DNA of 64,000 nucleotides from Perkinsus olseni (Eukaryota): NCBI GenBank assembly GCA_013115125.1, contig JABANN010000126.1, positions 1 to 64,000 of the forward strand, read 5' to 3'. Shown piece by piece: positions 37,954 to 50,600 of this stretch (position 1 is its first letter; each line of letters starts with the position of its first letter). The notes under the pieces were generated by a model. It saw only the letters and a program-made list of their open reading frames with translations, ran no database searches and was not told where the DNA came from. The position numbers and the translations under genes were made by a program.

Positions 37954-38688
37954 ATGCAATTGCCCAGCATCCACTCTGTCGCTACCGTGGCCATCATTTT
38001 GGCTCCTGAGATTGTTGGCGGGACGGCGAATTGGGGAGGCAATAATGCGGCTCTGGTGGACTTCGTGTTCGAGGGTCATGTCCATAGTGGAAAATACAGA
38101 AGCACTGGCAAGTGCGACGAGATACCGGATATTGGCGAGTTCGAGATGGAAATCGCGACTAAGGAAGAGGGTCATCAAACAGCTCGCTTGACCGCCAGGA
38201 GCATCAATGGTACGGTCATTGCAAGCATGCAAGGCGCGGTCCCCTTGGCATGGTTCTCTCCTAGAGTCACTCCGCGGAACCTACACATTGGAAACACGAC
38301 AACGACGACGACGACGACGGTCCGAAATTCGGGATGCTTCCGCTTCTATGAGGGCGTCGAAAGCGGTGGGCTTTCAATCTATTCGGATTGGTTCGTGAAA
38401 GATATTTATGCCTTCCAGAAATTGGGCGACCCTGGCCAGGCGCCGTATCGCCAGCTTTTCTTCTGTCAAAAGCGCGAGAGCAAGGACTTGGTGCTTTTAA
38501 TGTTCCCTGAGAGGGTTAAGTCATATATCAAGAGGGCAAGATGCGGATTCCCGATGACATCTGCCATTGAGGATGGGCAGTCGCCATCGCAGCCTGTCTC
38601 AAACGCCGGTTCGTCCTCATTCTTGAAACGTGGGACGTCGGGTATTCGTCCAGAGGCACCGAAAAAGCAGCGCTTGATCGCAGGATAA
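37954..38688 (+). CDS. Putative secreted hypothetical protein, 244 aa, with Thr tract and basic C-terminus
   Basis: Intronless ORF with a hydrophobic N-terminal segment; ends KRGTSGIRPEAPKKQRLIAG. Confidence 0.7.
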   Translation: MQLPSIHSVATVAIILAPEIVGGTANWGGNNAALVDFVFEGHVHSGKYRSTGKCDEIPDIGEFEMEIATKEEGHQTARLTARSINGTVIASMQGAVPLAWFSPRVTPRNLHIGNTTTTTTTTVRNSGCFRFYEGVESGGLSIYSDWFVKDIYAFQKLGDPGQAPYRQLFFCQKRESKDLVLLMFPERVKSYIKRARCGFPMTSAIEDGQSPSQPVSNAGSSSFLKRGTSGIRPEAPKKQRLIAG

Positions 38689-39242
38689 TTCTATCCCCTG
38701 ACACCTATCAACTTCATACTGGTCGCTCTTCTCATTATTTGTTTTGCGGTCTTTCTGTACTTGCCGTTTACGATGATCATGATGTTCGTGGTGATCACTG
38801 AGAATCCATTGATGTCTATGATGTTTATTTTCCTCACCGTCACTTATCGTCATGGATGTAGAGATGTCGTTATGGCTGTGTTACCGGCTTGCGTTTGGTC
38901 GCAGCAGATGTTTAGCGGTTCATCGGTGTGTGATTTTCCTCTCGCAGGTCGACCTCCTCTCGCCAATGCAATCATGCAATTGTACTCAGTACAATGTACT
39001 GTGAATATATCCTATTTCAAATCACCTGGCTTTCGCCAGTCGAGTCATGTGATACGGTTTTGTGCTGCAGGATAAATGCAGTGAGAAGTTAAAGTTGTCG
39101 GAATTCTGAGAATTTCGAGTGGCGCCCTCAGTATTCTATGAGACGGATGGCTGCGGACCCGCCCGAGTTGATGAGACTGAGAGTTTTTTGATGAGTTGCA
39201 TGCTAATTATTATTCCGTATATAATTCGTGGCAATCTTGACT

Positions 39243-39560
39243 ATTTACCAATAGTTGGTCCACATGTGATCATGCCTTTTACCAATAGTTGGTCCACATG
39301 TGATCATGCCTTTTACCAATAGTTGGTCCACATGTGATCATGCCTTTTACCAATANNNNNNNNNNNNNNNNNNNNNNNNNNNNNNNNNNNNNNNNNNNNN
39401 NNNNNNNNNNNNNNNNNNNNNNNNNNNNNNNNNNNNNNNNNNNNNNNNNNNNNACATGTGATCATGCCTTTTACCAATTGTTGGTCCACATGTGATCATG
39501 CCTTTTACCAATTGTTGGTCCACATGTGATCATGCCTTTTACCAATTGTTGGTCCACATG
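39243..39560. repeat. 34-bp tandem repeat (TTTTACCAAT[AG/TG]TTGGTCCACATGTGATCATGCC)n spanning an assembly gap (N 39356-39453)
   Basis: Period 34 (accaata at 39247, 39281, 39315, 39349); no spacers. Confidence 0.95.
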
Positions 39561-41540
39561 TTTGTTTACGCTGATCTGTAGCGAACTGTTTCCAGCAAGC
39601 ACTTTTACAAAGACTAACTCATTTGCGGTACTTCTAAACTTCCCGAGTATGTGCCGTTGCCTAGCGCATGGTTGTCGAAAGTTGAAAGTCCCGAAATTTC
39701 CGCATTTCCTTCATTTTACCATATCATCTTCACTTATCACTACTCCCCGTTCTCTCCGTATTTTCAACTAACCTCGAGTTCTTCTCCTAGAACGGTCGAG
39801 GTTTTCAGGACGGTTTCATGCGCCGTATCAAGAGAATGCTGAGTGGAAGTAAGCAAGCGTTATGTCTGAGATGAAAGATTATCCTTTTTCTCATTGTCAT
39901 TGTATGATCGACTTACTCCAATGGTATATTCCCCTTCTTCTTCGTGCCCAACATAATGCGCTATAACCGATAGTTGTTTTGCATTACTTCTGTATGAAGA
40001 GCACTAGTACACGGAATGCGAACTACTATCCTCCGAACCTGGGCATTTTTTCTGTCATCCCGAGCTGGTTGAAGGAGAGTTCTCCGGCAAGTTGTCTGGC
40101 AGTTGTTGATTCTCGGGGCTCTCTGGGGGGAGCAAGGAGCGTTCAGATTTTTCTCGATGTACCCGTGGTCTCTCCTCGTAGACCATGCCGCTCCGATGAC
40201 CTGCGTCCCTCAATTTCCCAATTGACATGACATGAAATAAAGCGCAGTCTCCAGCGGAGATCGGTGATTGTATCTCCGCTGCGGCAGGAGCGAGCAATTT
40301 CCCCAGAAGTCTTCACTGGGCTGCTCAGTGTTATGAGTGGGTCTAGGTGAACTTCACCTGGTGAAGCATAGTGCTTGTTTGCCAAAAGTTTCACCATGGT
40401 AGGTCGGATGTTCTTTGACGAGAATCCGACTGAAGGTGTTGACAACCGGCTTTCCCTCGGCGTGACGATCGATTCAAGCGTAGTTGAGCGTTGGGATGCA
40501 AGTTCCTGGAAGCCACCGAGTCGCGCATCAAAATCTAGCGGTACCGGGATGGGAAGAATGCTTAAACTCGCAGAATGTCTGCTGTGCTCTAGTCTCTGCA
40601 GACATCATGGTCTGATGTTCTCTACTCCCGTATGATATATTATTGTTTCCTGTCGAATTGGAGATTAATTAGTTGAACTGTGTAGTAAATTATTGAGATT
40701 CTATAGCTTAATTTGGAACGCATACTCATGCAAGGTGCAGAATGAGGCACGACGATTACCTGAGACTAATAACCGTCTGACGGCTTTATTTCAGGCGTTG
40801 TCCGCGCATACCAGGGCTCGAACTTCCGAGCAACATTTTAGCGTGTGATTGTGCCACAAATTGTGGCACACAATCATTGTGGCCAATGAAGCCCTTACGC
40901 CGTAGTTGTTATCTGCGCTCCCAAGGTTGACCGAAGGAGCTAGCTGTATTTGAGTTATCGCTCAGCATCACATCACGATTGCATGCGAGTTCGTGTATTA
41001 TTACCTAACCAAGTCAACACTAGCATGTTCAAGTGAAGCCATCATGATTCAACCAGGTGAGCTGAGCGCACCTGGTAGCGCCAGGCGGCCGGAGCCATAG
41101 TGTTGTCACTGTTGACGAAGTTGTTATGAGAACAAGAATGTCGAAGTAACGAAACCTGACTCGATAGGAGAAAAAGTCTCGAGCTTTGAGAGCTTCAAAG
41201 AAGCCCCAGCACTGAGTGTTCCACGCTCACAACAGCTTCCAAAGACAAGGCTCTACATCGTGACGAACATCACGTCGTCAAGAAAGCAGTACAGCGTGTC
41301 ACTCTGAGAGTGCCAACTCCAGTACTGTAACGGCCTTGTCGTCAAGAAATCGAGCAAGAGCCGCCCTAACTTGTGGTGTAATGCAACAAGTTATAATGAG
41401 ATGCTTGTACGTGCTGCAGATGCCCTTGGCACTGTGCTTGTCATCATACGCTGTGATTTACGGCACAGACTGAGCCAAAGACAGAATTGTTCTCATGTAC
41501 ACCCACTGAAGGCAGCAGCATCACAGCTATATGATAAGAA

Positions 41541-42296
41541 TCATAGCGCAGTAAGGGTTAAGCGTTGTCCTCCGAGCTCAGTGTAGGCCGTCGTGGGAGT
41601 AGCGTAGGCCATGGTCTTGAAATCGTTCGGGGACAGTTCTACAGCGCAATCAGTCCACACCGGTTCATCCTTGAACCTGTCGTAAAACCCGATTTGATCT
41701 GGCCCGATAACATATTGGGCAAGCGGAAGCGGACCGTGGTTTCTATCGGGCTCGAAGAATAGAACGGCACTGACCTCTGATGCACCGCATTTCACCGTCA
41801 CTTGCACCTCTTCCTTCTCGTATACATAGAATTCGATATTCAAGCCCAAATATGTAGAATAGTAGGGATTGAGGAGGCTGCTGTCAATCCTCAGGAAGCT
41901 TACAGTCTTGTTTACCAAGGAAGTTGTTAGAGCGTCATCATCAGAGTTAAAGTTGAGGTTGAGGAGGTCACCATCCTCAAGTACAAAATCAAAGCAGTGG
42001 TTTCCAATCAGGTCGTACAGGCCCCTGCCGGGACTTAAGTCATCCTCGATGACGTAAGCGTTATACCCAGGCGCGGAACGTAGACTATACGGCCCGGCGA
42101 GGGAGTTTCCACCGTCCGGACACCTAAACACCACATACACAGTGTTGTCCTCCTTGATATAGATCATAAGTGCAGAGCCGGTGGGAAACCGAAAGAAATA
42201 CTTGCCGACAGGGTTAGCGTCCACTATCGAGTGCAAGCCGTGGACGCTGAGCGTCTGCAGTAAGGCTGAAATGAGTAGCGATATGATGAAACGCAT
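41541..42296 (-). CDS. Putative secreted protein, 251 aa, with two similar beta-rich halves
   Basis: Clear signal peptide MRFIISLLISALLQTLSVHG; intronless; both halves show YI/V.E...V.V...C and C...L...D patterns. Confidence 0.8.
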   Translation of the reverse strand: MRFIISLLISALLQTLSVHGLHSIVDANPVGKYFFRFPTGSALMIYIKEDNTVYVVFRCPDGGNSLAGPYSLRSAPGYNAYVIEDDLSPGRGLYDLIGNHCFDFVLEDGDLLNLNFNSDDDALTTSLVNKTVSFLRIDSSLLNPYYSTYLGLNIEFYVYEKEEVQVTVKCGASEVSAVLFFEPDRNHGPLPLAQYVIGPDQIGFYDRFKDEPVWTDCAVELSPNDFKTMAYATPTTAYTELGGQRLTLTAL

Positions 42297-42639
42297 AAGA
42301 ACTAGATGAGGTCGTAAAAAGGCTACGGTAGGTTAGCTACGTGGCAAATTGAAAACATCACGTGATATTGTGGGGGCGAAAATTTTATGGAGCCGTATTG
42401 ATGTAGAAGACAGCGCTTATCAGAATTGTACTTGGTGAGATGGTATGTGCCGAAGCTCCGAGCTTTAGCTAAGCTGGATTTGGGGACACCTAGCGCATGT
42501 GACGCAGTGCAGCTTAAGTGCAGGCAGTTATGGATTGTAGTGCTCCGGCACCGTGTTCTCTGTGATCACATTCTTTGCACATAAGCGATTGGTATCCCAG
42601 TGTACCATTGCCGAGATCATCAGCACTACTCAACCGTAT

Positions 42640-43873
42640 CAGGAAACATTCTCCTGAGCTGCTTATCCCCAATTGAGTTACCGAAGGTAGCTTCCTGTTA
42701 CTCTTTGAGCGCCGATCGTCTTGTTTATGCGTGCAGAGTAGACTGGGAATTAGCTATCGTTATAGGATCCATCTCAGAAGCTCCCTTTGGCCTTGTGTTC
42801 AACGTATGAGTAAGAATAATACAACAATCTGAGTCAGATCATCTGACCCAGAGGATAGTGGACGGATGGATACTGTACATGCCTCCGCTGCAGTCTGCCT
42901 TACACTGTGCCCTCGTCTTCAGCTCGGAGGGGTAGCATCGCCCGCTACAGCTTGTATCTTGACCTTCAACCGACTGGCGGTGATCAATATAGTGTGCCCC
43001 AAGGGATGGGTGAGTGCCCTTAGCCGGCGTAGCTCAGAGTTACTAGCTCGCATCGGTGATTTGTTACTCTCTGTGTAAGCAGGAGCTCGCTCTCTTCAGT
43101 TCAATTCTACGCTATCGTCAGACAGCCTTAGAGGGCTCTGTAGGCTCTGGAGGCCATTCTAAGCACTGTGAATGATGATCAGTCCGTTCTGAAGTCTTTC
43201 ATCCTTTGCTGTAGGTCTGGGACTCCCAGACCTACACTGGGGACCCCCAGACTGGGAGTCAACGGTATCTATCGTGGCGGAGGCCAAGGAGAGCTAACTG
43301 TGACTATCCGACAAACCGATAACTCCGCTACTCCCGTCGAGCCCTCACTTCTGCGGTGAGATTCGGTCTTTATATTTGCTCGACTGGGAACCATCCTTCT
43401 GCTATGCTAGTTGAAGATGTTTAGTTTTCCCGACGGAGTCAACTCAACAGCGAGCACTATTCTGGACGTGTCTGATATGACTAGGGCGTGCCCTGGTGGC
43501 ACTGGCCCGCAAGGTACCGTAGGGATCGATATTCTCAGCCTCAGACCAACGCCGAAGATTTCGCGGGAACCTGCCCTTGTTCTGCAATGAACCCTCTCCC
43601 GATCCCTCAATTCCAAGGGCTGACCCGCAAGCTGAGGTCTCTCTGGGCATGCTGTATGATGGAGTGCACCCAGTTCAATTTCAAGTCGAGGTGACGTCGT
43701 TACCATTACCGTCATTGCGAGGAAGGCAACCTTTTCTGGACTATGATCGATCACTATTTCCTACACGATCGAGGTCTGCTTCTTCCGCCGACAACAGTTG
43801 GATGCTTCGTTCAATCTGGCGTGTCATTCTGATGCGAGAGGCATTCCCTGGTCACCCTATTTCTGCCGTCTGA
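42640..43873 (+). CDS. Probable multi-exon hypothetical gene or gene remnant
   Basis: Short exon-like segments bounded by AG/GT (LPYTVPSSSARRGSIARYSLYLDLQPTGGDQYS, MFSFPDGVNSTASTILDVSD, FQVEVTSLPLPSLRGRQPF). Confidence 0.35.
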
Positions 43874-44644
43874 GACGACTCGTCTCTGTTCTCTGGCAAA
43901 CGATACCTGAGGATCTCATAGCGTCAGCGCAGCACAGGGAGGCAGAGCAGTTGCGCCAGATTTGTGCTTCGCACTTCCACGATGATTCGGGGCTACACTT
44001 GGACGCATTTCACGTCTGTTAATGAATTAACTCTAAAAAGTACCTCGGGAGGTACTTAAGTAACGCGTCCTAACGTTAGGAAATGTATCCTGTGAAATAG
44101 CTTCGACCTAACCACCCAAGTTGATCCTCGATAAGGACGTTAGGATTTTTAACGTCCTGATCGAGGATTTCTTAACTTAGGAGTCCTAGATCGAGGAGTC
44201 CTAGTGTCCTAACGTCCTCCCCTAACGTAAGGCAATGGGCCTTGTGAAAGAGTTGCAGCCCAAAATCGCTTCTAAACCTCTTAAAATCGTAAGAAAAAAC
44301 GTCCTATGGAATAGGCCCTGATACTAGCGGTGCGGTCGACCTTTCACTCATCCGTGGGCGAGCAGGAAAACATCTCGCCGGATAGCCGTGCCAGCTCGCT
44401 ATGCAAGACAGCTCGTGTTACCTAAAAATGGCTGGTGCAGGGGGTACACCGATGGTGGTAGTCCTGACGCATATAATATAGAGAATAGTGATGGGTAATT
44501 ATCACCCTCATTCTCCTTCGTTTTTGCTGTTACGGTGACGGTGTTCACGTGCCCTCCGGTTGCGTTCAGTTGATCGTTACCGCATTTCGGCCTCTTCCAA
44601 GTCCGAGCTTAGCGGACTGATTTCAATAGTAACGTCATAGGTCA

Positions 44645-47600
44645 ATGGTCCTCCGCCAGCTCCTGAAGTTGAAGGAGGAGTACTTCGGCTCCGGTGCGGT
44701 GACGTTTCGCTGGAATAACAGCGCCTCTCGCTTGGCCTGCGTGCCAGCAGCAAGGCCCAGCAATGTCTTCATCTTCGACTCTAGCGGCGAGATCGAGCGC
44801 GTGAGTGCTCCAATCGGTGACGGCCGTCGCCATCTCTGCTGATACTCAGGATGTTCCCCTCGACGACCGAACCTCTCCAGTGAGCAGCTTCGAGTGGGAT
44901 ACGACCGGAAATATCCTAGCACTCATTCAGAAGGTTGGTCCAGGGGGTTCGAAGACAGAGTCGTATTGAAAGAATTAAAAGATTCCTCTTGCTCGCACAG
45001 CGAAGAAAAATCGGAGCTCTAGCAGTACTGAACGTCGCCGGCGTAGGGTGTCGCGGCCGTATCGATCTACCACTTCGTCGAGGATAGACTAGAGACCTTG
45101 GATTGCTCAAGAGAGGAGCCTTCTTTCATTGCCTGGAATATGACGGGTCCACAGCTGGCAATAGGAACGTCAAAAGGGAACACCATTATGTGAGCAAGCG
45201 AAAGGTCCCTGGTTCAATTTTTAGTAGAGGCATTATTGAAGATACAATTCGAAGACAGCTAAGATGCAGCTGATCGCTGGAAAGCACGGGCGAAGGATAA
45301 CATGTGGTTCCTGGACACTGCGAGGCCACCTTCTCCTCGGCAGCGACGATAAGATCATATCACTGAGTGAGGCAGGATATCTGCTCTCGAGGGAGGACTT
45401 GCCGAGAGACTCTCGGCCAACCCTTTCTGTATGCGAGTCTACAGTCCGAAATCATCCTATAGTCCGATGCTCGGTTGAATTTGGACACATCGATGTGAAG
45501 GGGTCTTCAGAAAAGTTTTCGAGGGGCCTCCTTCAGAGCTCCATTCGATCGCTTCCTGTTTATGAGAGAAAGTAAGAATCCAGGCTATTATCATCTCCGT
45601 AGTAAAGTTAGAACTCACAGCACCCAAATACAGCACGTATTTTCGCGTCGAACGTGGCCATGTTCATGCTACAACATAACCCTTGATGAATCAGAGAGCT
45701 CAAGCCAGCAGCTGAGCGGAACCCTGAGATTCTATCTTCAATTGCACTGATATAACGCCCTTCACTAGCGCCAAGCTAAGGATGCATAGTTGTGCACTTG
45801 CACAACTAAACCAAGCGATAGCTGCCTGCCGTCGTGCGCATCACGTTAGCACCCAAGGTTGCAGGTGACACCGAAGGCGAGACGCTACGACAGACAGTCC
45901 TACGATGGGCGCCGATGACGATGAGGGTCGCTGATGAGATGATCGCCGGAAGTCCGATGGATGATTCTGTAGTGTAACCCTCCCGCTCGTTATTCAATGG
46001 TCAGATGCGGTTTCCTTCGACAAGGGAGGTCTGTTGACCAAGTGCTGTGTGCGCATGGGGAAGGAAACCCTCGTGCTCCTCGAGACTGAAGCGATGAGCA
46101 TCGTGGCGACCATCAAGTTCAGTCAGAAGTGGGGGCGATATCGAGCGTAGGATTTGCGGGATTCATGGTTTTCCTAGGTACGGGTCGATTGTCGACTACG
46201 GATGGTTTGGTGATGAACGCTTGTGCATCGGATACTCGGGTAAGAGGAGGCGGGCTCTGCCTTTGCAATGGAAGGGGGAGGATGTTGATCATAGATTTGT
46301 GAAAGTATTGAAGATCCGTTTATTAGGGTTAAGTAGGGTACCAGTTTGAATATGGGTAACCGTGAGTGAAGTCAATCAAACCCTCAAGTGGGGAGCACTC
46401 GTGAGTGCTTGAGAGTCTCAACCGCCCTAAATTGCCTTAGAAGTTGAGAGGGAAGTTATGGGAAACCCTGTACACAACAAGCGAGACTGAATCTACTGGG
46501 GGCCTCTCTTGGAACGTAATTGATCTCGTTGATGCCACTGCTCGGGCGAGGGATTTTAAGTACTATCCCCGTGTTTTATACGCCCAAGAATGGGCCATGG
46601 AGACTAGAGGGAATTCCGCCTGCGGCCACGGCTGCGAGTCTTCACGTTGCGTATTGATAGGTGGGCAAGTTGTGGTAACGTCGACCGGCGGCGACGAGGT
46701 CGGTCAGGAGATCTTCAAGTGCAAGCCAGCGTCGAGCTTGGATGCGCTTTCCCTTTGTGAGTGGCCCGTAGGCCTCACACGCTTAGTTCACAGCAGGTTC
46801 CATACCATCGAAGGCGGGAGGCTTCTCCGTTCTTTGGGCGGCAGTTGCTGGTGATGGGTGTATCAAAATTATAGACCTGCGTGATTGCCGAGAGGAAACG
46901 GAGAGTACCATAAATTACGAAGATGATGGCGAGGCCGGCGTCGTGTCGAATCTGACATTCTCCAGAGGAGGACAGACCATCACTTTCAGTGAGTTCTGGT
47001 GAACTCGGAGACAGCAAATTGTGCAATCTCCGGAAATAGCATGCTCACCAATTCCTTTGCTCCAATAGTGGCATGCATGCACCGACAGTCTAATTCAGAG
47101 TCTTCGAGCTTCCGGCGTGCATTACATGGTCATTCCCTTTACCGTAGGCTTCCCTCAGATGTCTCCACAGGCTGCGTGTATTCCTACCTCGCTCGACTGC
47201 CGTTAATGTTCGAGGCCAGAGGGAATACCGTGGCGTGGTTGAGCAGCTTGAGGGAGATCACCGTTACCGAGATTGTTGATGGAAAACAGAGGAGTGGAAG
47301 TGAGCACAGTTGGGGAGAGGTGACGATCGCTGAACGCTGAGGTTACCGAGCCGGAAAAGAGATTACTGACATGTATTCATGACATAACTTGTACTGACAC
47401 ATGTCGAGCTTCAACTTTGGACAGTCCTCTCTGGTTATCCCACATCTGATGCTGTACGAGAGCCTGAGATCCTGAACGTGGTTCCCTCAGAGAATGCCGA
47501 GAAGGTGAAGATAGAATGCGAAGTGGAGCCAGCCATCATTGGCGTCGGTCCACGACACATAGCGGCCGGTACGGTCCTGCCGTTGTTAGCGCTTCCGATT

Positions 47601-50600
47601 TCGGCTGGTCAAGGTGCTGTCCGTCGAGTGTATTATCATTCTCGGCGCGATGGAGAGAAGACCGAGAGAGAATATCCGGCAAAGGTGGAAGCAGTGGAGC
47701 TGTCGCAGTCACATGCTGCTGTTCTCGCGGAAGGGAAAATGTGGGCGAAATTTCTCCTGTTGACGATTTACCTTGGAGACAGATACATCCACTCGCTAAA
47801 GGGGCCTCCCGCGGTGACGGTGTTGCCTGCTGAAGGCTCCAAGGGCGATGATGGTGTGAAGATTTTGTCGATGCGAATGACTCCTCAGGATATTCTTGTG
47901 TGAGGGAGGGCATCGCTTTCGGCTCACCTCTCGGGGGATTTGATTTGTCCTGACGGCCTGTCTGGATCGTTTCCGATATTTTCTTCCATCGGAATGTACG
48001 CAGCCCGTGGAATCGGTCAAATAGAAAGGGGCACTTCCCAGGTTTAATAACTGGGTTGACCTCCCTTGGATACTTGAAGTAGTGAGGGGAACTTGATAAC
48101 CACCCAGGGAAGCCGTCAATGTCTACTGTTTCATTCAACCTGACCGGACTGCCTAACGCTCGTGGCAACGTGGCAACTGACCGAGTACGAAGAGATGATT
48201 AGGATCGCGTCTGGATTTTCCCGTTTGTATAGCCGGACCTCGTGAGGCTGTGGCGGCCAGTGGATTTTTCAGAAGTGGAACCAGAATAGTAGACATGTAT
48301 TCGTTATCGCGGATCATGTGTATTTCCGAGTGGGAACGAGCCAGTACTTGTCTGCCATGCATTGGTTGATGGCAAGGGACCTGCCGTGGGGTTTGCATCT
48401 GATCTTTGCAACGTTCGTATATCAGTCTCACGAAACGGTTGATCGATCTTCAGTATCTTATTCGCTCATCACTGGCATGAGTCAACCTTAGATACTCGAC
48501 CAGTGGCAAGGAGCTTGTCCACTACGATGTAGAAGCTCATCCACAACGGCTCGTTCTCTGATGCCTGGCCGCAGGTTGAGGAGCGGTGCCCGATTAACGA
48601 GTACCGACATACTGAGGGTATCCTAGCTGTCTATCCGAAGAGTCTTGGAGGGACTTACACGGCTCTCCTCGACGCTAAGGGGGTGCTGCAAGTCTATAAT
48701 GCCGTCACTGAGGTAGTCGCGGTCATCATCTTCATTTGGCTGTCTGATTGGGTGATCGGAGCTCGCTGGGAGAGAAGAGTAGACAGAGTGATTGCATTTG
48801 TTGTTCCATTCGGTGCGGCGCGAGTGCTGGCGTCTTAATCCCTGCTTCATATCGGAGGACCCTGAGCGGAGCGAAGCTCTTGGAGTAACTTTTATTTCAC
48901 TGGGGAGGGACACGCGTTTGGGAGAGGTGTCTACTGCTCGTTTATGTACTGCTCGAGATCAGGTCTCGCTCAGTCCAGTTGACCATGATAGAGTTGGCAA
49001 GATCAGAGGGGTGCTGTGGGACTTGACAGATCCGTCGGTTTTCGTGGTTGCTGCTGACGCTAGGGAAGCTGCCGTGCTGGAGCTTCACACATGCGTCGTC
49101 TACGATGTGAGATTGCCCGCCTTCAACCTCGGATGCTCCTTCCTTTCAGTATTCGCTGTCGGGCCCGACAGTCGTGCCGGTAGGTGGTGCAATTAGGCGG
49201 AGCGAAGTATTTTATGATTCGATCGATCTTGAGTCGGGAAGGGACGATCCGACTACTCTAGCTCACGGAGAGATACCAGTTGCCGTCCAAAATGGGTAGG
49301 CCGGTCGATGCACTCAGGGAATCTTAGGTCGACCCTAGAAGTTGACAAGTGAGGCTGCACTATCTCGTTGTGAGGGATATAGTAGTAGTAAATTTAGAAC
49401 GCGTCATGCATATGCAGATTAGGCTCACTGCGAACGAGATAGGGTGAGGAGTAGTCGAGAGGATTGGAATTGATGGCGGGACGCTAGTATGATGAGGCTG
49501 GTGAACACGCAGTGACGCGGTGTTACGCGGGCTGTGCACATGAAGTCGGTGTGATCCCAGGCGATGACTTCTGTCTCACCGTAAACTCAGATATACGCAT
49601 GATATACTCAGGTCAATTGTCTTGTGTAGAACGGTGTATGCCCGCTTCCTCAGGAGAGTGACTGTTCAGTGCCAACAGCCCGGGGAGCTGAGGACATCAG
49701 ATCTTGCTTCCCATTCAGGGATAGGATCGGCTCTGCGTCGCATGAGCAGTATGCTGTTGAAGCGATCCCGGGCGGCGGAATTCCTCCATGCAGATGCGAA
49801 TTCGGGACCTGTCGACGTTGAGGAGATGGAGAGGGTCGTTATGCGCCTTGCTGCACTTGGGAGAATGGGTAAGGCCTTCTGCTTGGCTCCAATCGCTGTA
49901 ACGAGATGGCTTTGGTTGTGCCGCTGCTCCTTTGTTAGGGATGGTTTTTTACTTGTACTATTTTCTCATAGAAAAATAACTGGATCGAATTTTGACGCGT
50001 TTCGATCAAGTGTTGTCCGCTTCACTTGCCCTGCAAAGCGTCAACAGCACGATTACCTTACCTCAGCAAAGAAACCCTCCTTCACCTCGCCGAGCTACGA
50101 GCTGTAATACACTGCTTTACTTCAGAGCTTGCCTATCGTGTATGTCTGAGCATTCCTCGGGAGGAAAAGATGGGAGCCGACGAGGGAGGCAGGGACGAGC
50201 TGATGAGGCTGATTGCTCGGCAGGCTGTGGAACTGTTAGAGGTCGAGTAAGGATGGAAGATACCTTTGCTCGGGGAAGGCGTCTGTCCTGGTCAGTATGG
50301 CGATCCTCGCGTATAGAGAGTGCGGTGATGCCGACAGAGTGGCTTTCTTGGACCGCTTGGTTCAACTTGAAGATGTGCCGATGCTGCAGGGGTACTTGAG
50401 AGTACTGTTGGGGCAGAAACAAGTGAGTTGAGAGAGTGCCGGAGCTAGGGCCGGGGTTCCGCGTATTTTCTGTTCTGAAGCTTTCTAGGGAAGAACTTCT
50501 GGTACATGTGCAAAATTATATACGTTTCATCCGAAAATAAGTAGCGCGCATTTTTCTTGGGCAAATTGGAATAATTTCCGTTTCTCGAGTTCAGAAGTGA

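Noticed and set aside
39243-39560. CRISPR array (34-bp palindromic repeats)
   Set aside because: Units are directly adjacent with no spacers, there are no cas genes, and the context is eukaryotic.
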